Source of the DNA: an uncultured Actinomycetota bacterium
Lineage (GTDB): Bacteria > Actinomycetota > Actinomycetes > JAFAQI01
NCBI GenBank assembly: GCA_963770565.1
Contig: CAVYQE010000005.1
Location: forward strand, 1-30,778
Direction of reading: 5' to 3'
DNA length: 30,778 nucleotides
In this document: positions 1-9,994 of the stretch, one piece after another
Numbering within the stretch: position 1 is the first letter of the stretch
How the letters are laid out: each line of letters starts with the position of its first letter
Program-made: the position numbers and the translations under genes
Notes under the pieces: generated by a model
Database searches by the model: none
The model's input: only the letters and a program-made list of their open reading frames with translations
Told to the model about the DNA's origin: nothing

Positions 1-99
1 CGCACCGGTTCGGGCTCGGCCCACGTCGGATCACTGCCGTGGCAGCCGACGCGATGGTGGGAGTCGATCGACGGCTCGTGAGGCTCGGCGAATTTCCGG

Positions 100-1644
100 C
101 TAGGCGTGCCGGACGATCGACACGCTGTCCATGACAGTCGGGCTCGCGATGCCGGTGACGGCACCGGCCGTCTGCGGCGGCTTGAGGGCCCGAATATGCA
201 TGGTGGTCTTGTGCTGAGCACCGCTCGGGGCTGTGACGTCGACGACCAGGCAGCTGTAGGCAGCCTGCCGAAAGGCCGAGAACCCCTTTGTCTTGTCAGT
301 CACCTGCTCGGGGCGCCCGCTGCCGCCCTGCGCGGTGTCGCCGCCGGTCCATCGCCAAATCTTTGGTGCCGTTGAGTTTCCGGCGTCGCCCGCGCCGCTC
401 CTCCCATACCAGGTCGTGTACAAACCCTTGCCGCCACCGCCTGCGCAGATGTATGTCGTGCCGTCTGTGGCCGGGTGGACCGTGCCACCGCTGCCGACCG
501 CCCGGGTCGGCCTTCCGGCCCGGATCGGGTTCGTCCGCTCATAGGCGTGGACATGGCCGCTGACGACCAGATCGACCGTAAAGCGATCGAACAGCGGACC
601 CCACACGTCGCGCAGGCCCCCGTCGGAGCCGTGCGTGCGGTTCGTCGAGTAACAACAGCAACTGCACACCACCACGATGAAGTCGATGCCGGTGCCGGCC
701 GACCGGTAGTGGGCCAGCGTCCGCTCCAACCATGCCGTTTGTGCCCCGGCGGTGTACCCGTTGTTGATCGTCGCCTGCGCGGACAGGTCATTGGCGTCCA
801 GGTGAATGAAGGCGACGTTGCCGTACCTGAACGTGTGCACGACCGGGGACCCGGAACTGTGGTCGAAGTGCTGACGGAATCGGGTGACGAAGCCGTCGTA
901 ACCATGGGAGCCGAGCGGTTGGACCTCATGGGCGCCTACCGACGCCAGCCAGGGAACGGAGTGAGCTCCCGTGCGCCCGATGATGTTCAGGTAGGTGTCC
1001 CAGAACTCAGGGTGGAAATCCGTGACATCCGGAATGGCCAGGCCCTCCGGGGTGGCGTAGGCGAGGTCGCCGGCGAGGAGATGGAACGCGGGCTTCAGCG
1101 AGGTGACCAGCGAGACCATCGGTGCCGCGGTATCGGTGCCGATGCCCTGGTCGCCGAACGCGGTGAAGCGGAAGTTCGACGGGCTTGCGACGGCGGTCCT
1201 GAAGGTTCGTTCGGTGCTCCAACTGTGGCCATCGTTGCTGACCGAATAGTGGTAGGTCCTGCCCTGCGCCAGCGAAGTCAGAAGGGCGGAGCTGTAGAAG
1301 GTGCGCTCCGCGGGCTCGCCGATCACCCCGTCCGGAAGGGGAACTTGGATGCTCCGGTCCGCGGGCTTGCGCTTATTGGCGGCCTTGTTGTGATGCCAGC
1401 GGATCTGGGGGGCCGAAGGCGGTCGCGCCTGGCCAGACCCGGGGGACGACCAGCACACGTACATCTCGGTAGTCGGATCCGGTCCGAAGGCGACCCAGTG
1501 TGGCCCGTTCGGCGTGGTCGCGGCCAGGGCGTCGGACTGTCGCCAGAGCGCCGGTCCCGTGACGCCGAGCGCGACCGCTCCCTTGAGCACTTCGCGGCGC
1601 TTGAATCGGCGGGTCGGGAACTCGACGTTCGGAGAAGGACTCAT
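100..1644 (-). CDS. Tat-exported purple acid phosphatase-like metallophosphoesterase (FN3-like N-domain plus calcineurin-like domain) with altered metal ligands
   Basis: Twin-arginine signal KRREVLK followed by a hydrophobic stretch and ALA cleavage site. PAP motifs FGDQG, GDLAY and SGHVH are present. GNH(D/E) appears as GAHE, and the VxxH position reads VVCSCCC. Confidence 0.85.
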   Translation of the reverse strand: MSPSPNVEFPTRRFKRREVLKGAVALGVTGPALWRQSDALAATTPNGPHWVAFGPDPTTEMYVCWSSPGSGQARPPSAPQIRWHHNKAANKRKPADRSIQVPLPDGVIGEPAERTFYSSALLTSLAQGRTYHYSVSNDGHSWSTERTFRTAVASPSNFRFTAFGDQGIGTDTAAPMVSLVTSLKPAFHLLAGDLAYATPEGLAIPDVTDFHPEFWDTYLNIIGRTGAHSVPWLASVGAHEVQPLGSHGYDGFVTRFRQHFDHSSGSPVVHTFRYGNVAFIHLDANDLSAQATINNGYTAGAQTAWLERTLAHYRSAGTGIDFIVVVCSCCCYSTNRTHGSDGGLRDVWGPLFDRFTVDLVVSGHVHAYERTNPIRAGRPTRAVGSGGTVHPATDGTTYICAGGGGKGLYTTWYGRSGAGDAGNSTAPKIWRWTGGDTAQGGSGRPEQVTDKTKGFSAFRQAAYSCLVVDVTAPSGAQHKTTMHIRALKPPQTAGAVTGIASPTVMDSVSIVRHA

Positions 1645-1708
1645 CGGTGCTCATCAGGGTTGCCGGTGAGAGCGAGCCGGTCAAGTCCGTCCACCGTCCA
1701 AGGCTCGG

Positions 1709-1714
1709 TAGGCT
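1709..1714 (+). promoter_or_regulatory. Candidate -10 element (TAGGCT) for glmU-prs
   Basis: Matches actinobacterial TANNNT about 40 nt upstream of the start. RBS AGGAG at 1746-1750. Confidence 0.4.
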
Positions 1715-1755
1715 CGACGCTGGCCTTCCCCGTCGTACGCGTTCCAGGAGCCTGG

Positions 1756-3237
1756 GTGACTGACACCGCGCCGGCCGCTGTCGTGGTGCTCGCGGCGGGC
1801 GAAGGCAAGCGGATGAAATCCGAGCTCGCGAAGGTGCTGCACGCGATCTGCGGGCGCTCCCTGCTCGGTCATGTGCTCGCCGCCGCGGCGCCGCTTGGCG
1901 CGCCGACAACCGTGGTTGTCGTCGGCAACAAGCGGCACCAGGTGATCGACCATCTTGCCGAGATCGATCCCACGGCTCAGGCGGTCGTGCAGGACGAGCA
2001 GCTCGGCACCGGGCACGCCACCCTGCTCGCGCTCGACGCCCTTGGCGCGACGACGAACCGCACGGTCCTCGTCCTGCCCGGTGACACCCCGCTGCTGACC
2101 AGCACGACACTCGAGCAGCTGGTCGCCCGGCACCAGGAGATCGGCGCGACCGCGACCCTGCTCACTGCGAGCCTCGACGACCCGACCGGGTATGGACGGG
2201 TGGTCCGGGACGCGGACGGCCACGTCCGCGAAGTGGTCGAGGATCGCGACGCCGACGACCGGACCCGCCAGATCCATGAGATCAACACCAGTGTCTACGC
2301 GTTCGAGATCGACAAGCTGCGCGCGGTGCTGGCGAAGGTCGGCACCCACAACGCGCAGGGCGAGCGCTACCTGACCGACGTGGTCGGTCTACTGGCCTCG
2401 GCCGGCGAGGTGGTAGCGAGTGTGGCGACCGACGACCCGGTCGAGACGCTGGGCGTCAACGACCGGATCCAGCTGGCCGTCGTACGCCGGACGATGCGGG
2501 ACCGGATCGTCGAGCACTGGATGCGTGAGGGCGTGACGATCACCGACCCGCAGACGACCTGGATGGGTGTGCGGGTCACGATCGAGGCCGACGCCACGAT
2601 TCACCAGAACACCCAGCTCCATGGCGCGACGCATATCGCGCGGATGGCGACCGTCGGCCCCGATTGCACCTTGCGCGACACGATCGTCGGTGAGGGCGCA
2701 TCGGTCACGAAGTCGCAATGCACCCGGGCCGAGATCGGCCGCGATGCCACCGTCGGGCCGTTCGCATTCCTGCGCCCGGGCACCGTGCTCGGTGCGGGTG
2801 TGAAGGCAGGCGCGTTCGTCGAGCTCAAGCAGGCCGTCGTCGGCGACGGGAGCAAGGTGCCACACCTGTCGTACGTCGGTGACGCCGAGATCGGCGAGCG
2901 GACGAACATCGGTGCGGCCACCGTGTTTGTGAACTACGACGGCTCCGAGAAGCACCCGACCAAGGTCGGCGACGACGTCCGGATCGGCTCCGACACGATG
3001 CTGGTTGCGCCCGTCACGATCGGCGACGGGGCCTATACCGCGGCCGGCTCGGTCATCACCAACGACGTCCCACCAGGGGCGATGGGCGTCGGGCGGTCCC
3101 GGCAGCGGAACGTCGAGGGTTGGGTGGAGCGACGCCGGCCTGACTCGGCATCGGCCCGGGCGGCACGGCGGGCCCGCGGCGAGTCCACAATGGATGACAC
3201 TTCCCCGTCCGAGACCGAGCAAGGGGCAGACGAGTGA
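1756..3237 (+). CDS. glmU: Bifunctional UDP-N-acetylglucosamine pyrophosphorylase / glucosamine-1-phosphate N-acetyltransferase
   Basis: [46 protein letters not shown] and hexapeptide repeats. GTG start at 1756 follows RBS AGGAG; the ORF-track extension from 475 is an antisense shadow. Confidence 0.97.
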   Translation: MTDTAPAAVVVLAAGEGKRMKSELAKVLHAICGRSLLGHVLAAAAPLGAPTTVVVVGNKRHQVIDHLAEIDPTAQAVVQDEQLGTGHATLLALDALGATTNRTVLVLPGDTPLLTSTTLEQLVARHQEIGATATLLTASLDDPTGYGRVVRDADGHVREVVEDRDADDRTRQIHEINTSVYAFEIDKLRAVLAKVGTHNAQGERYLTDVVGLLASAGEVVASVATDDPVETLGVNDRIQLAVVRRTMRDRIVEHWMREGVTITDPQTTWMGVRVTIEADATIHQNTQLHGATHIARMATVGPDCTLRDTIVGEGASVTKSQCTRAEIGRDATVGPFAFLRPGTVLGAGVKAGAFVELKQAVVGDGSKVPHLSYVGDAEIGERTNIGAATVFVNYDGSEKHPTKVGDDVRIGSDTMLVAPVTIGDGAYTAAGSVITNDVPPGAMGVGRSRQRNVEGWVERRRPDSASARAARRARGESTMDDTSPSETEQGADE

Positions 3238-4214
3238 CGGGCATCAAGACCACCGGCGAGAAGACCCTGCTGCTCTTTTCCGGCCGGGCACATCCGGCGT
3301 TGGCCGACGAGGTTGCCTTCGAGCTCGAGCTCTCGGTCAGCCCGACGATGATCCGCGAGTTCCCGAACGGGGAGATTTACGCCCGCCCGGAGGAGTCGGT
3401 GCGCGGCTGCGACGCGTTCGTCATCCAGGCGTTCGGGCCGCCGATCAACAAATGGATCATGGAGCAGCTGATCATGGTCGACGCGCTGAAGCGCGCCTCG
3501 GCCAAGCGGATCACCGTGGTCATGCCGTTCTATCCGTACGCACGGCAGGACAAGAAGCACCTCGGCCGCGAGCCGATCTCGGCCCGGCTGATGGCCGATC
3601 TGTTCAAGGTGGCCGGCGCAGACCGGTTGATGTCGGTGGACCTGCACACCGCGCAGATCCAGGGGTTCTTCGACGGTCCGGTCGACCACCTGTTCGCCCT
3701 GCCGTTGCTCGCCGACTACATCGCCAACCACTACGACCCGGCCAGCTTCACCGTCGTCTCGCCCGACACCGGCCGGGTGCGGATGGCGGAGCGTTGGGCC
3801 GACCGACTCGGCGGCGTACCGGTGGCATTCGTCCACAAGACCCGCGATCCGAAGGCGCCCAACCAGGTGGTCGCACACCGGGTCGTCGGCGACGTCGACG
3901 GCCGGGCCTGTCTGCTGATCGACGACATGATCGCGACCGGCGGCACGATCACGAAGGCCGCCGACATCTTGCTGGACTCGGGCGCCTCCGACGTCATCGT
4001 CGCGGCGACCCACGGAGAGTTCTCGGAGCCGGCGATCGACCGGCTGAAGAACAGCCGGATCAGCGAGGTCGTGGTGACCAACACGCTGCCGACGTCGGAC
4101 GAGCAGTTCTTCGACCGGCTGACAGTGCTTTCGATCGCACCACTGATCGGCCGGGCGATTCGCGAGATCTTCCAGGACGGCTCAGTCACCAGCCTGTTCG
4201 ACGGTAACGCCTGA
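3234..4214 (+). CDS. prs: Ribose-phosphate pyrophosphokinase
   Basis: [48 protein letters not shown] overlap with the glmU stop. Confidence 0.97.
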   Translation: MTGIKTTGEKTLLLFSGRAHPALADEVAFELELSVSPTMIREFPNGEIYARPEESVRGCDAFVIQAFGPPINKWIMEQLIMVDALKRASAKRITVVMPFYPYARQDKKHLGREPISARLMADLFKVAGADRLMSVDLHTAQIQGFFDGPVDHLFALPLLADYIANHYDPASFTVVSPDTGRVRMAERWADRLGGVPVAFVHKTRDPKAPNQVVAHRVVGDVDGRACLLIDDMIATGGTITKAADILLDSGASDVIVAATHGEFSEPAIDRLKNSRISEVVVTNTLPTSDEQFFDRLTVLSIAPLIGRAIREIFQDGSVTSLFDGNA

Positions 4215-5015
4215 TCACAGCGTCGCGTGGGTGTCGTACCACCCTGGGCTGCGCACCATCTTCATAATCGTCGAGCCGAACGGTGCTGTTGCGAGGAGGC
4301 CGACGTCTCCGCGCAGGCGGTACTGGCGGAAGATCCGCCGGTACCGCTCGATTGCGTCTTGCGCGGACAGCCACTGGCCGGGCGCTTCCTCACCGAACGG
4401 CCCGCTCGACCCGAGGATGAACTTTCGGTCCACGTACTTGCCCTCGAGCGGGGGGTTCGGAAGGGTCAACTTCGGCAGACGGTGTTGTGGGACGACCTTG
4501 AATCTGCGATAGCCGAGACCCTGGAGAACGTCGAACTCCTGGATCAGGCCCGACCAGTTGACCTTGTCCGACTCGACCGAGAGGTACTTCGGGATCTCTG
4601 GTGCGTGGAGTCCTTCGAGGCACAGCATGTCCGCGCCCTCGATGTCGATCTTGAGGTAGTACGGCACGCCGTGTTCGGCGATCAGCGAGGCGAACTCGAC
4701 ACCCGGCACGGTAATCACGTCGACCGATGGCGAGCCGATCTTCGTGTTGCGCTCCGACCACTCCGGCCTGATTGTGTTCCACTCGGTGTGCGGGTTGACG
4801 TAGAGGTCGATGGGCCCGGCGGACGGAGCAATCGCGACCTGGACAATCGTCAACTGCCCGCTCGCGACCGCGTCCTTCAGGCGCGCGCTCGCGGCGTCGC
4901 ACAGGTCGGGCGACGCCTCGATGGCGACGACGCGGAAGCCCTTGTCGAGATAGAACTCGGTGTCGAACGCCTTGTGCATGCCGACGTCGAAGATCAGGTC
5001 GTCCTGGTACGCCAT
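4215..5015 (-). CDS. FkbM family SAM-dependent methyltransferase
   Basis: IFDVGMH..DT.FYL.KGFRVVAIEA.P and LKIDIEGAD motifs. ATG at 5015 lies 7 nt after TAGAGT; the alternative start is GTG at 5024. Confidence 0.88.
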   Translation of the reverse strand: MAYQDDLIFDVGMHKAFDTEFYLDKGFRVVAIEASPDLCDAASARLKDAVASGQLTIVQVAIAPSAGPIDLYVNPHTEWNTIRPEWSERNTKIGSPSVDVITVPGVEFASLIAEHGVPYYLKIDIEGADMLCLEGLHAPEIPKYLSVESDKVNWSGLIQEFDVLQGLGYRRFKVVPQHRLPKLTLPNPPLEGKYVDRKFILGSSGPFGEEAPGQWLSAQDAIERYRRIFRQYRLRGDVGLLATAPFGSTIMKMVRSPGWYDTHATL

Positions 5016-5022
5016 GGTCTGC

Positions 5023-5028
5023 ACTCTA
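5023..5028 (-). promoter_or_regulatory. -10 element (TAGAGT) of a probable leaderless FkbM-family transcript
   Basis: TANNNT hexamer 7 nt before the ATG, with no Shine-Dalgarno. Confidence 0.5.
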
Positions 5029-5061
5029 GAGCCGAGCGGCTCGAGCCATTGCTGCTTTCGG

Positions 5062-6096
5062 TTAGTTCACCTGGCCGAGCACGTACGGCGCCGTTGAAGA
5101 TGCGGTGAAGCCCGCAAGTGCGGCAGGATCGGCCTCGATCCTGAAGTCGCAGCTCGACGTCTCATGGTCGAACTCCATGACTGCCTTGATCCGCGGCATG
5201 CGCCGTAGCGTGCCGGCGATGCCGGCGTACCAGGTTTCAATGGTCGGGCCAGGGGCCGACGCGTACTCGCCGAGCATGATCGGCTTGTGTCGCATCCCTG
5301 GTTGATTCGAGAGCCAGCGGTAGTAGGGATGGATCGTGCGGTAGGGACTGTGCCACGGCCAGGTGTGGCACTGCGCGAAGTTGTACGGGTCGTAGCCCAC
5401 CCAATCGACGTAGCGGCTGCCCGGATAGCCCGCGCGCACCTGCTTCGCGTGGTAGCGATCACCGGTCGTGACCCACACCCAGATCACGTTGTGAACGCCG
5501 GCCGACCGGAACACGTCATGGATGTGCCGGTAGGCCGCGACGTACTGCGCCGGCGTGCCGTGACCGGACTGCGCCCGGCTGTCGAACTCGTGGTTGAAGT
5601 CGATGAAGATCCGGTGATGGAAGTGCTTCAGCGCACGTGCCTCGGGCCGGATCACCGAGGCGTCCCACTGTCCGCTCGCGATCGACTGGTAGGAGATCTT
5701 GGCACGGGTGCGGTAGTCGACGGCGTTCCAGCTGATGTCGAGGGTGCGGTGCCCGGCTGCCAGCCCGCGATCGGTGCGGTTCGGAAACGTAACCCCCGAC
5801 TGCCAGTCGACGTAGTTCTTCACGATGTCGAAGCGACGGCCGATTCGTTTCTCGACCGCGCCGTAGTCCTGTGACGTCGTGAACAGGCCCCACAGCACTC
5901 CGCAGACCGGGACGTCGAGCCCGGAGCGCTTGCATCGGTTGTCGAGCACCGGGGTCCGAGCGGTGGGGACGGTGGCGCCGGCATCAACCCGTTCCGGGCT
6001 TGGCGTGCCGACCGAGGCTCCGGCCCCGACCAGCGACACCGTGAGAGCAACGGCGCCGGCAATGAGTGCTGCGATCCAACCGTTCGTCCGATGCAT
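5062..6096 (-). CDS. Secreted GH26-like glycoside hydrolase (Arg/His-rich copy)
   Basis: Signal-like WIAALIAGAVALTVSLVGAGA. Acid/base motif IFIDFNHEFD, NVIWVW, YPG..YVDWVGYDPY, nucleophile motif KPIMLGEY. The start is uncertain (ATG 6096 versus TTG 6177). Confidence 0.8.
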   Translation of the reverse strand: MHRTNGWIAALIAGAVALTVSLVGAGASVGTPSPERVDAGATVPTARTPVLDNRCKRSGLDVPVCGVLWGLFTTSQDYGAVEKRIGRRFDIVKNYVDWQSGVTFPNRTDRGLAAGHRTLDISWNAVDYRTRAKISYQSIASGQWDASVIRPEARALKHFHHRIFIDFNHEFDSRAQSGHGTPAQYVAAYRHIHDVFRSAGVHNVIWVWVTTGDRYHAKQVRAGYPGSRYVDWVGYDPYNFAQCHTWPWHSPYRTIHPYYRWLSNQPGMRHKPIMLGEYASAPGPTIETWYAGIAGTLRRMPRIKAVMEFDHETSSCDFRIEADPAALAGFTASSTAPYVLGQVN

Positions 6097-6183
6097 GGGC
6101 AGGCGGTGATGACGGTTCGGGTTGACGGTCTCGTCCTCTCGTGCTGGTTGGCGGCCCCCGATGGTCTTCCTGCGCAAACCCCG

Positions 6184-7215
6184 TTACGTGCCGGTCACGT
6201 ACGTTGAGAGCCCTGAGGCGATGAAGCCCTTCATCGCCACCGGCGACTGCGAGAGTAGCCAGTCGCACGCGGCCGAAGGCTCGGCGTCGTACATGATCGC
6301 TGCCTTTAGGAGCGGCAAGGCCTGCAGCGCCGGAGCGACGCCGGCGTACCACGCCTGCACCCCTGATCCCGCGAGCGACCCGTACTCGCTCAGGAGCACC
6401 GGCTTGCCCTTCATCCCGGATTGGGTCTGTAGCCAGTTGTAGAACGGCGCAAACACCTGCGTCGGGCTGTACCAGTGGCCGTTATGACAGGTGTAGAAGT
6501 TGTACGGGTCGTAGCCGATCCAGTTGACGTCCGACGACCCGGGGTATCCGGCCGCGATCTGACTGGTATGACCCATGAAGCCGGTCGACACCCACACCCA
6601 GATCACGTTGGTCACGCCCTGAGCGGCGAACACCTGATGGATGTGCTGGTAAGCGGCGGCGAACTGCGCAGGCGTACCGTTCTGGGCCTGCGTTTTGTTG
6701 TCGAACTCGTGGCTGAAGTCGAGGAAGATCTTCTGCTTGAAGGCGATCAACGCCTTCGCCTCGGGGATGATCACTGACTTGTCATACGTGCCGTTCGCGA
6801 CCGCCTGGTAGGAGATCCGCGCGTTCGTCGAGTAGTTGACCGCGTTCCAGCTGATGTAAAGCGTGCGCTGGCCGTTGGCCACCAGCGCCTTGTCGGTCGC
6901 GTTCGGGAACGTGCTGCCCGCCTGCCAGCCGACGTAGTTCTTGACCAGGTCGAACTGTCGGCCGACCTGAGACTCGAGCGGAGCGTAGTTCTGGGACTGC
7001 GTGAACAGCCCCCACAGCACGCCACACGACGGCACGTCGAGCGACGATCTCGCGCAGGTGTTCCGGACGACAGACTGCGGGTGGTTGCCCGCCGGTTGTG
7101 GGGCGGTCGCGCCGCTCGCGGTCGCCGCTCCGGTCGCGGCAACGAGGGACCCGAGTGCAAGCCCGGTCAGAAGGATGAGTGCGCGCGAGCGCACAGGTCG
7201 AAAAGCATGATTCAT
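6184..7215 (-). CDS. Secreted GH26-like glycoside hydrolase (Gln/Asn/Ser/Thr-rich copy)
   Basis: ATG at 7215 with GGGAG RBS and a signal peptide. Motifs IFLDFSHEFD, NVIWVW, YPG...VNWIGYDPY, KPVLLSEYG. Colinear paralog of 5062-6096. Confidence 0.85.
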   Translation of the reverse strand: MNHAFRPVRSRALILLTGLALGSLVAATGAATASGATAPQPAGNHPQSVVRNTCARSSLDVPSCGVLWGLFTQSQNYAPLESQVGRQFDLVKNYVGWQAGSTFPNATDKALVANGQRTLYISWNAVNYSTNARISYQAVANGTYDKSVIIPEAKALIAFKQKIFLDFSHEFDNKTQAQNGTPAQFAAAYQHIHQVFAAQGVTNVIWVWVSTGFMGHTSQIAAGYPGSSDVNWIGYDPYNFYTCHNGHWYSPTQVFAPFYNWLQTQSGMKGKPVLLSEYGSLAGSGVQAWYAGVAPALQALPLLKAAIMYDAEPSAACDWLLSQSPVAMKGFIASGLSTYVTGT

Positions 7216-7371
7216 CAGAAACGCTCCCGTGACAGGTTGTCGAGGCCTGTGCGGCGAGCGCGGGGGACTCATACCTGCCCGACGCCACCTGCTGTATGAC
7301 TTCCAACCTAACCGGCTCCCAAACGTGGTCCCACCCGGACACGCGGGTTCGCCACGTCCATTCATCTCCCC

Positions 7372-7377
7372 TACACT
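7372..7377 (+). promoter_or_regulatory. Candidate -10 element (TACACT) for rplY-pth
   Basis: TANNNT 45 nt upstream of the GTG. RBS AAGGAG at 7409-7414. Confidence 0.5.
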
Positions 7378-7422
7378 TGGCGGCGCAGAAATTCCGACAA
7401 AATTCGACAAGGAGTTCGAGTC

Positions 7423-8094
7423 GTGCCCGAGGTCCGCATGGTCGCCGAGACCCGAACCGAGTTCGGGAAGGGCGGTGCCCGGCGCACCCGGCGCGCTGGC
7501 AAGGTGCCCGCCGTGCTCTACGGTCACGGCACCGACCCGCGGCACCTGTCCTTGCCTAGCCGTGAGTTCGAGCACGCGCTGCGTACTGATGGTGCCAACG
7601 TCCTGCTCGACCTGCAGCTCGTCGGCGGGAGCGAACTGGCGTTGCCAAAGTCGATCCAGCGCGACCCCATTCGTGGCGCGATCGAGCACGTCGACCTCAT
7701 CCTGGTACGCCGGGGCGAGCGGATCACGGTCGAGGTCGTCATCCAGGTCAGCGGCGAGGCTGTGGCGGGTGGTCTGCTCGACCAGTCGCTGACCACCCTT
7801 TCGGTGACGGCCGAGGCGACCAACATCCCGACCTCGGTCGAGGTGTCGATCGAGGGTCTCGAGATCGGCCGATCCGTTCACGCGGGCGACATCGTGCTGC
7901 CCGAGGGCGTCGAGCTCGGCGGCGACAGCGACCAGGTGGTCGTCCACATCGTGCCCGCACCGACCGCCGAGGAGCTCGAGGCCGAGGTCGGCGAGGTCGA
8001 GCCGACCGAGGCTGCGGAGGTCACTGAGACCGAGTTGGCGGAGGGCGAGGCCGAGGCCCCGGCACCGGCCGAGGGCGAACCGGCTCAGGACTGA
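7423..8094 (+). CDS. rplY: 50S ribosomal protein L25 / general stress protein Ctc
   Basis: [32 protein letters not shown] and an acidic C-terminal tail. Sits directly before pth. Confidence 0.97.
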   Translation: MPEVRMVAETRTEFGKGGARRTRRAGKVPAVLYGHGTDPRHLSLPSREFEHALRTDGANVLLDLQLVGGSELALPKSIQRDPIRGAIEHVDLILVRRGERITVEVVIQVSGEAVAGGLLDQSLTTLSVTAEATNIPTSVEVSIEGLEIGRSVHAGDIVLPEGVELGGDSDQVVVHIVPAPTAEELEAEVGEVEPTEAAEVTETELAEGEAEAPAPAEGEPAQD

Positions 8095-8114
8095 CGTCCG
8101 GGAGCGTCGCTGCC

Positions 8115-8690
8115 GTGACCGAGACAGGTCCGTGGCTCGTCCTTGGCCTTGGCAACCCCGGCCCTCAGTACGCCGGCAACCGCCACAACGTGGGGTTCCT
8201 GGTCCTCGACGTACTCGCCGATCGGGTCGGTGGCCGGTTCAAGAGCCACAAGGCCCGTGGCGAGGTGATCGAGACGCGGGTCGCCGACCAGCGCACGGTG
8301 CTGGCCAAACCGCGCTCGTACATGAACACCTCAGGTGGTCCGGCCGCCGCACTCCGTGACTTCTTCAAGGCTCCGATCGAGAAGATCGTCGTCGTGCACG
8401 ATGAGCTCGATCTCGAGTCGGGGGCCTTGCGGCTCAAGCTCGGAGGTGGCGACAACGGCCACAACGGCCTGAAGTCGCTGCGCCAGTCGCTGGGATCCGG
8501 AGACTTCTACCGGGTGCGGCTCGGCATCGGCCGGCCGCCGGGACGTCAGGACCCGGCCGACTTCGTGCTCCGTGACTTCTCCGCGGCCGAACGCAAGGAC
8601 CTGGGCGTCCACCTCGAGCGAGCCGCGGATGCGATTGAGACGTTGATCGGAGAAGGGCTGGCCGCCGCCCAAAACGCCTACAACACCTAG
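8115..8690 (+). CDS. pth: Peptidyl-tRNA hydrolase
   Basis: [48 protein letters not shown]. Confidence 0.97.
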   Translation: MTETGPWLVLGLGNPGPQYAGNRHNVGFLVLDVLADRVGGRFKSHKARGEVIETRVADQRTVLAKPRSYMNTSGGPAAALRDFFKAPIEKIVVVHDELDLESGALRLKLGGGDNGHNGLKSLRQSLGSGDFYRVRLGIGRPPGRQDPADFVLRDFSAAERKDLGVHLERAADAIETLIGEGLAAAQNAYNT

Positions 8691-8713
8691 CGTCGCCCCG
8701 TCAGCGACGGCGG

Positions 8714-8719
8714 TAGGGT
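8714..8719 (+). promoter_or_regulatory. -10 element (TAGGGT) of a probable leaderless ybjQ transcript
   Basis: TANNNT 6 nt before ATG 8726, with no SD sequence. Confidence 0.5.
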
Positions 8720-8725
8720 TCGGCC

Positions 8726-9052
8726 ATGATCGTCGTGACGACCAATGACCTCCCAGGCTGGCAGATCGATGAGGTGCTCGGTGAGGTCTGGGGCCTCACG
8801 GTTCGTTCGCGAAACGCGTTCTCGCAGATGGGCGCCGGCTTGAAGTCGATGTTCGGCGGAGAGCTGAAGGGCATGACCAAGGCGCTCTACGAGAGCCGCA
8901 ACGAGGTCATGAACCGCATGATCGAAGAGGCCGAGCGCCGCGGGGGAAATGCCGTCCTCGCGATGCGGTTCGACACGTCGGAGATGGGCGACGTCTGGAC
9001 TGAGATCTGCGCGTATGGGACCGCTGTACGCGCCCACAAGCTCGGCGCCTAG
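8726..9052 (+). CDS. ybjQ: YbjQ / UPF0145 family protein
   Basis: MIVVTT..LPG.I...LGEV.G, GLK..FGGEL, A...G.NAV..MRFD, AYGTAV. Confidence 0.92.
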   Translation: MIVVTTNDLPGWQIDEVLGEVWGLTVRSRNAFSQMGAGLKSMFGGELKGMTKALYESRNEVMNRMIEEAERRGGNAVLAMRFDTSEMGDVWTEICAYGTAVRAHKLGA

Positions 9053-9073
9053 AGACCCTGGGCGACCGGGACG

Positions 9074-9994
9074 TCAGACTCCCTTGCCCCGCTTGTGCAA
9101 GGTTCGAAGTACGCGCTCCGCGGGAACGCCTGCGGCCACAAGGACCGCCAGGTATGCGCGCGGCTCGACCGGGCGCCGGCCGATCGCGCGGCCCGCCCAC
9201 CGAAGCGCGGTGATGCGGTTCTTGGAGGCCGCGTAGGCGAACGCGATCTGCCCGTAGACCCGCGCTGACCCCTTCCGTGACGCCTCGACATCCGGATGGC
9301 GTTCGAGCATCCAGGTTCGCGAGGCGATCTTGGTCTCCCAGTCCCGGGAGAAGTAAGACCGCGCCGACCAGTAGATGCGAACCAGCGGTTCGTCGACGTG
9401 CAGGATCGGGCTGCGCGCGGACGCTCGGAGCAGGAGGTCCCAGTCTTCGTTCTGGCTGCCCGGCGCGTCCTCGGCGATCAGGCCGATTCCGTCGGTCAGT
9501 GCCCTGCGACGGATCAGGAATGTCGAGGAATGCAGCATCGACATGCGACTCGGTAGCAGGTCCGCGTGGGTGATCACGTTCTTGCTGGCCAGCCGCACTG
9601 ACCGGGTGTCCTCGAAGTCAACCTCGATCGAGCAGCTGGCAAACTCTGCGGCAGCGTCCTCGTCCAATCGCGCGACCTGGCGCGCGAGTTTTCCGGGCAG
9701 CCATTCGTCGTCGTCGTCGCAGAAAGCGACGAGATCAGTTGTCGCAAGCAGGATGCCGGTGTTGCGTGCGCCGGAAAGGCCGGGCGTGCGGGAGTTGCTC
9801 ACCACCTGGATCCGCGGATCCTCGGGCAGTCGGGCAACCGCGTGGTCGCGATCGTCCTGATCGACGACGATGAGAACTTCGAGATCGCCTGCGTACTCCT
9901 GGTCCAGGATCGCGTGCACCGCGCGGGCTAGCAGGGCAGGACGGTTGCGGGTCGGGATAATCACGCACACGCTCGAAGGGTGGTCTGCCGTCAT
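9074..9994 (-). CDS. Glycosyltransferase family 2
   Basis: VIIPTRNR, VVDQD, GLSGARNTG, VAFCDDDD (DxD) and EDWDL. ATGA overlap with the upstream sulfotransferase. Confidence 0.92.
   Translation of the reverse strand: MTADHPSSVCVIIPTRNRPALLARAVHAILDQEYAGDLEVLIVVDQDDRDHAVARLPEDPRIQVVSNSRTPGLSGARNTGILLATTDLVAFCDDDDEWLPGKLARQVARLDEDAAAEFASCSIEVDFEDTRSVRLASKNVITHADLLPSRMSMLHSSTFLIRRRALTDGIGLIAEDAPGSQNEDWDLLLRASARSPILHVDEPLVRIYWSARSYFSRDWETKIASRTWMLERHPDVEASRKGSARVYGQIAFAYAASKNRITALRWAGRAIGRRPVEPRAYLAVLVAAGVPAERVLRTLHKRGKGV

Noticed and set aside
475-1755. Apparent 427-aa N-terminal extension of GlmU (920-aa ORF)
   Set aside because: It is the antisense shadow of the phosphoesterase gene. GlmU homology and an RBS begin at GTG 1756.
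1645-1755. tRNA-Gln often found upstream of actinobacterial glmU
   Set aside because: No cloverleaf or T-loop GTTCGA motif is present in this interval; it may lie outside the window.
3920-3950. Prs DDMIATGGT instead of the usual DDMIDTGGT
   Set aside because: This is a single substitution at a position that varies among PRPP synthase classes. All other motifs are intact.
7216-7947. N-terminal extension of the 587-aa GH26 ORF
   Set aside because: It is antisense to rplY. The signal peptide and RBS point to ATG 7215.
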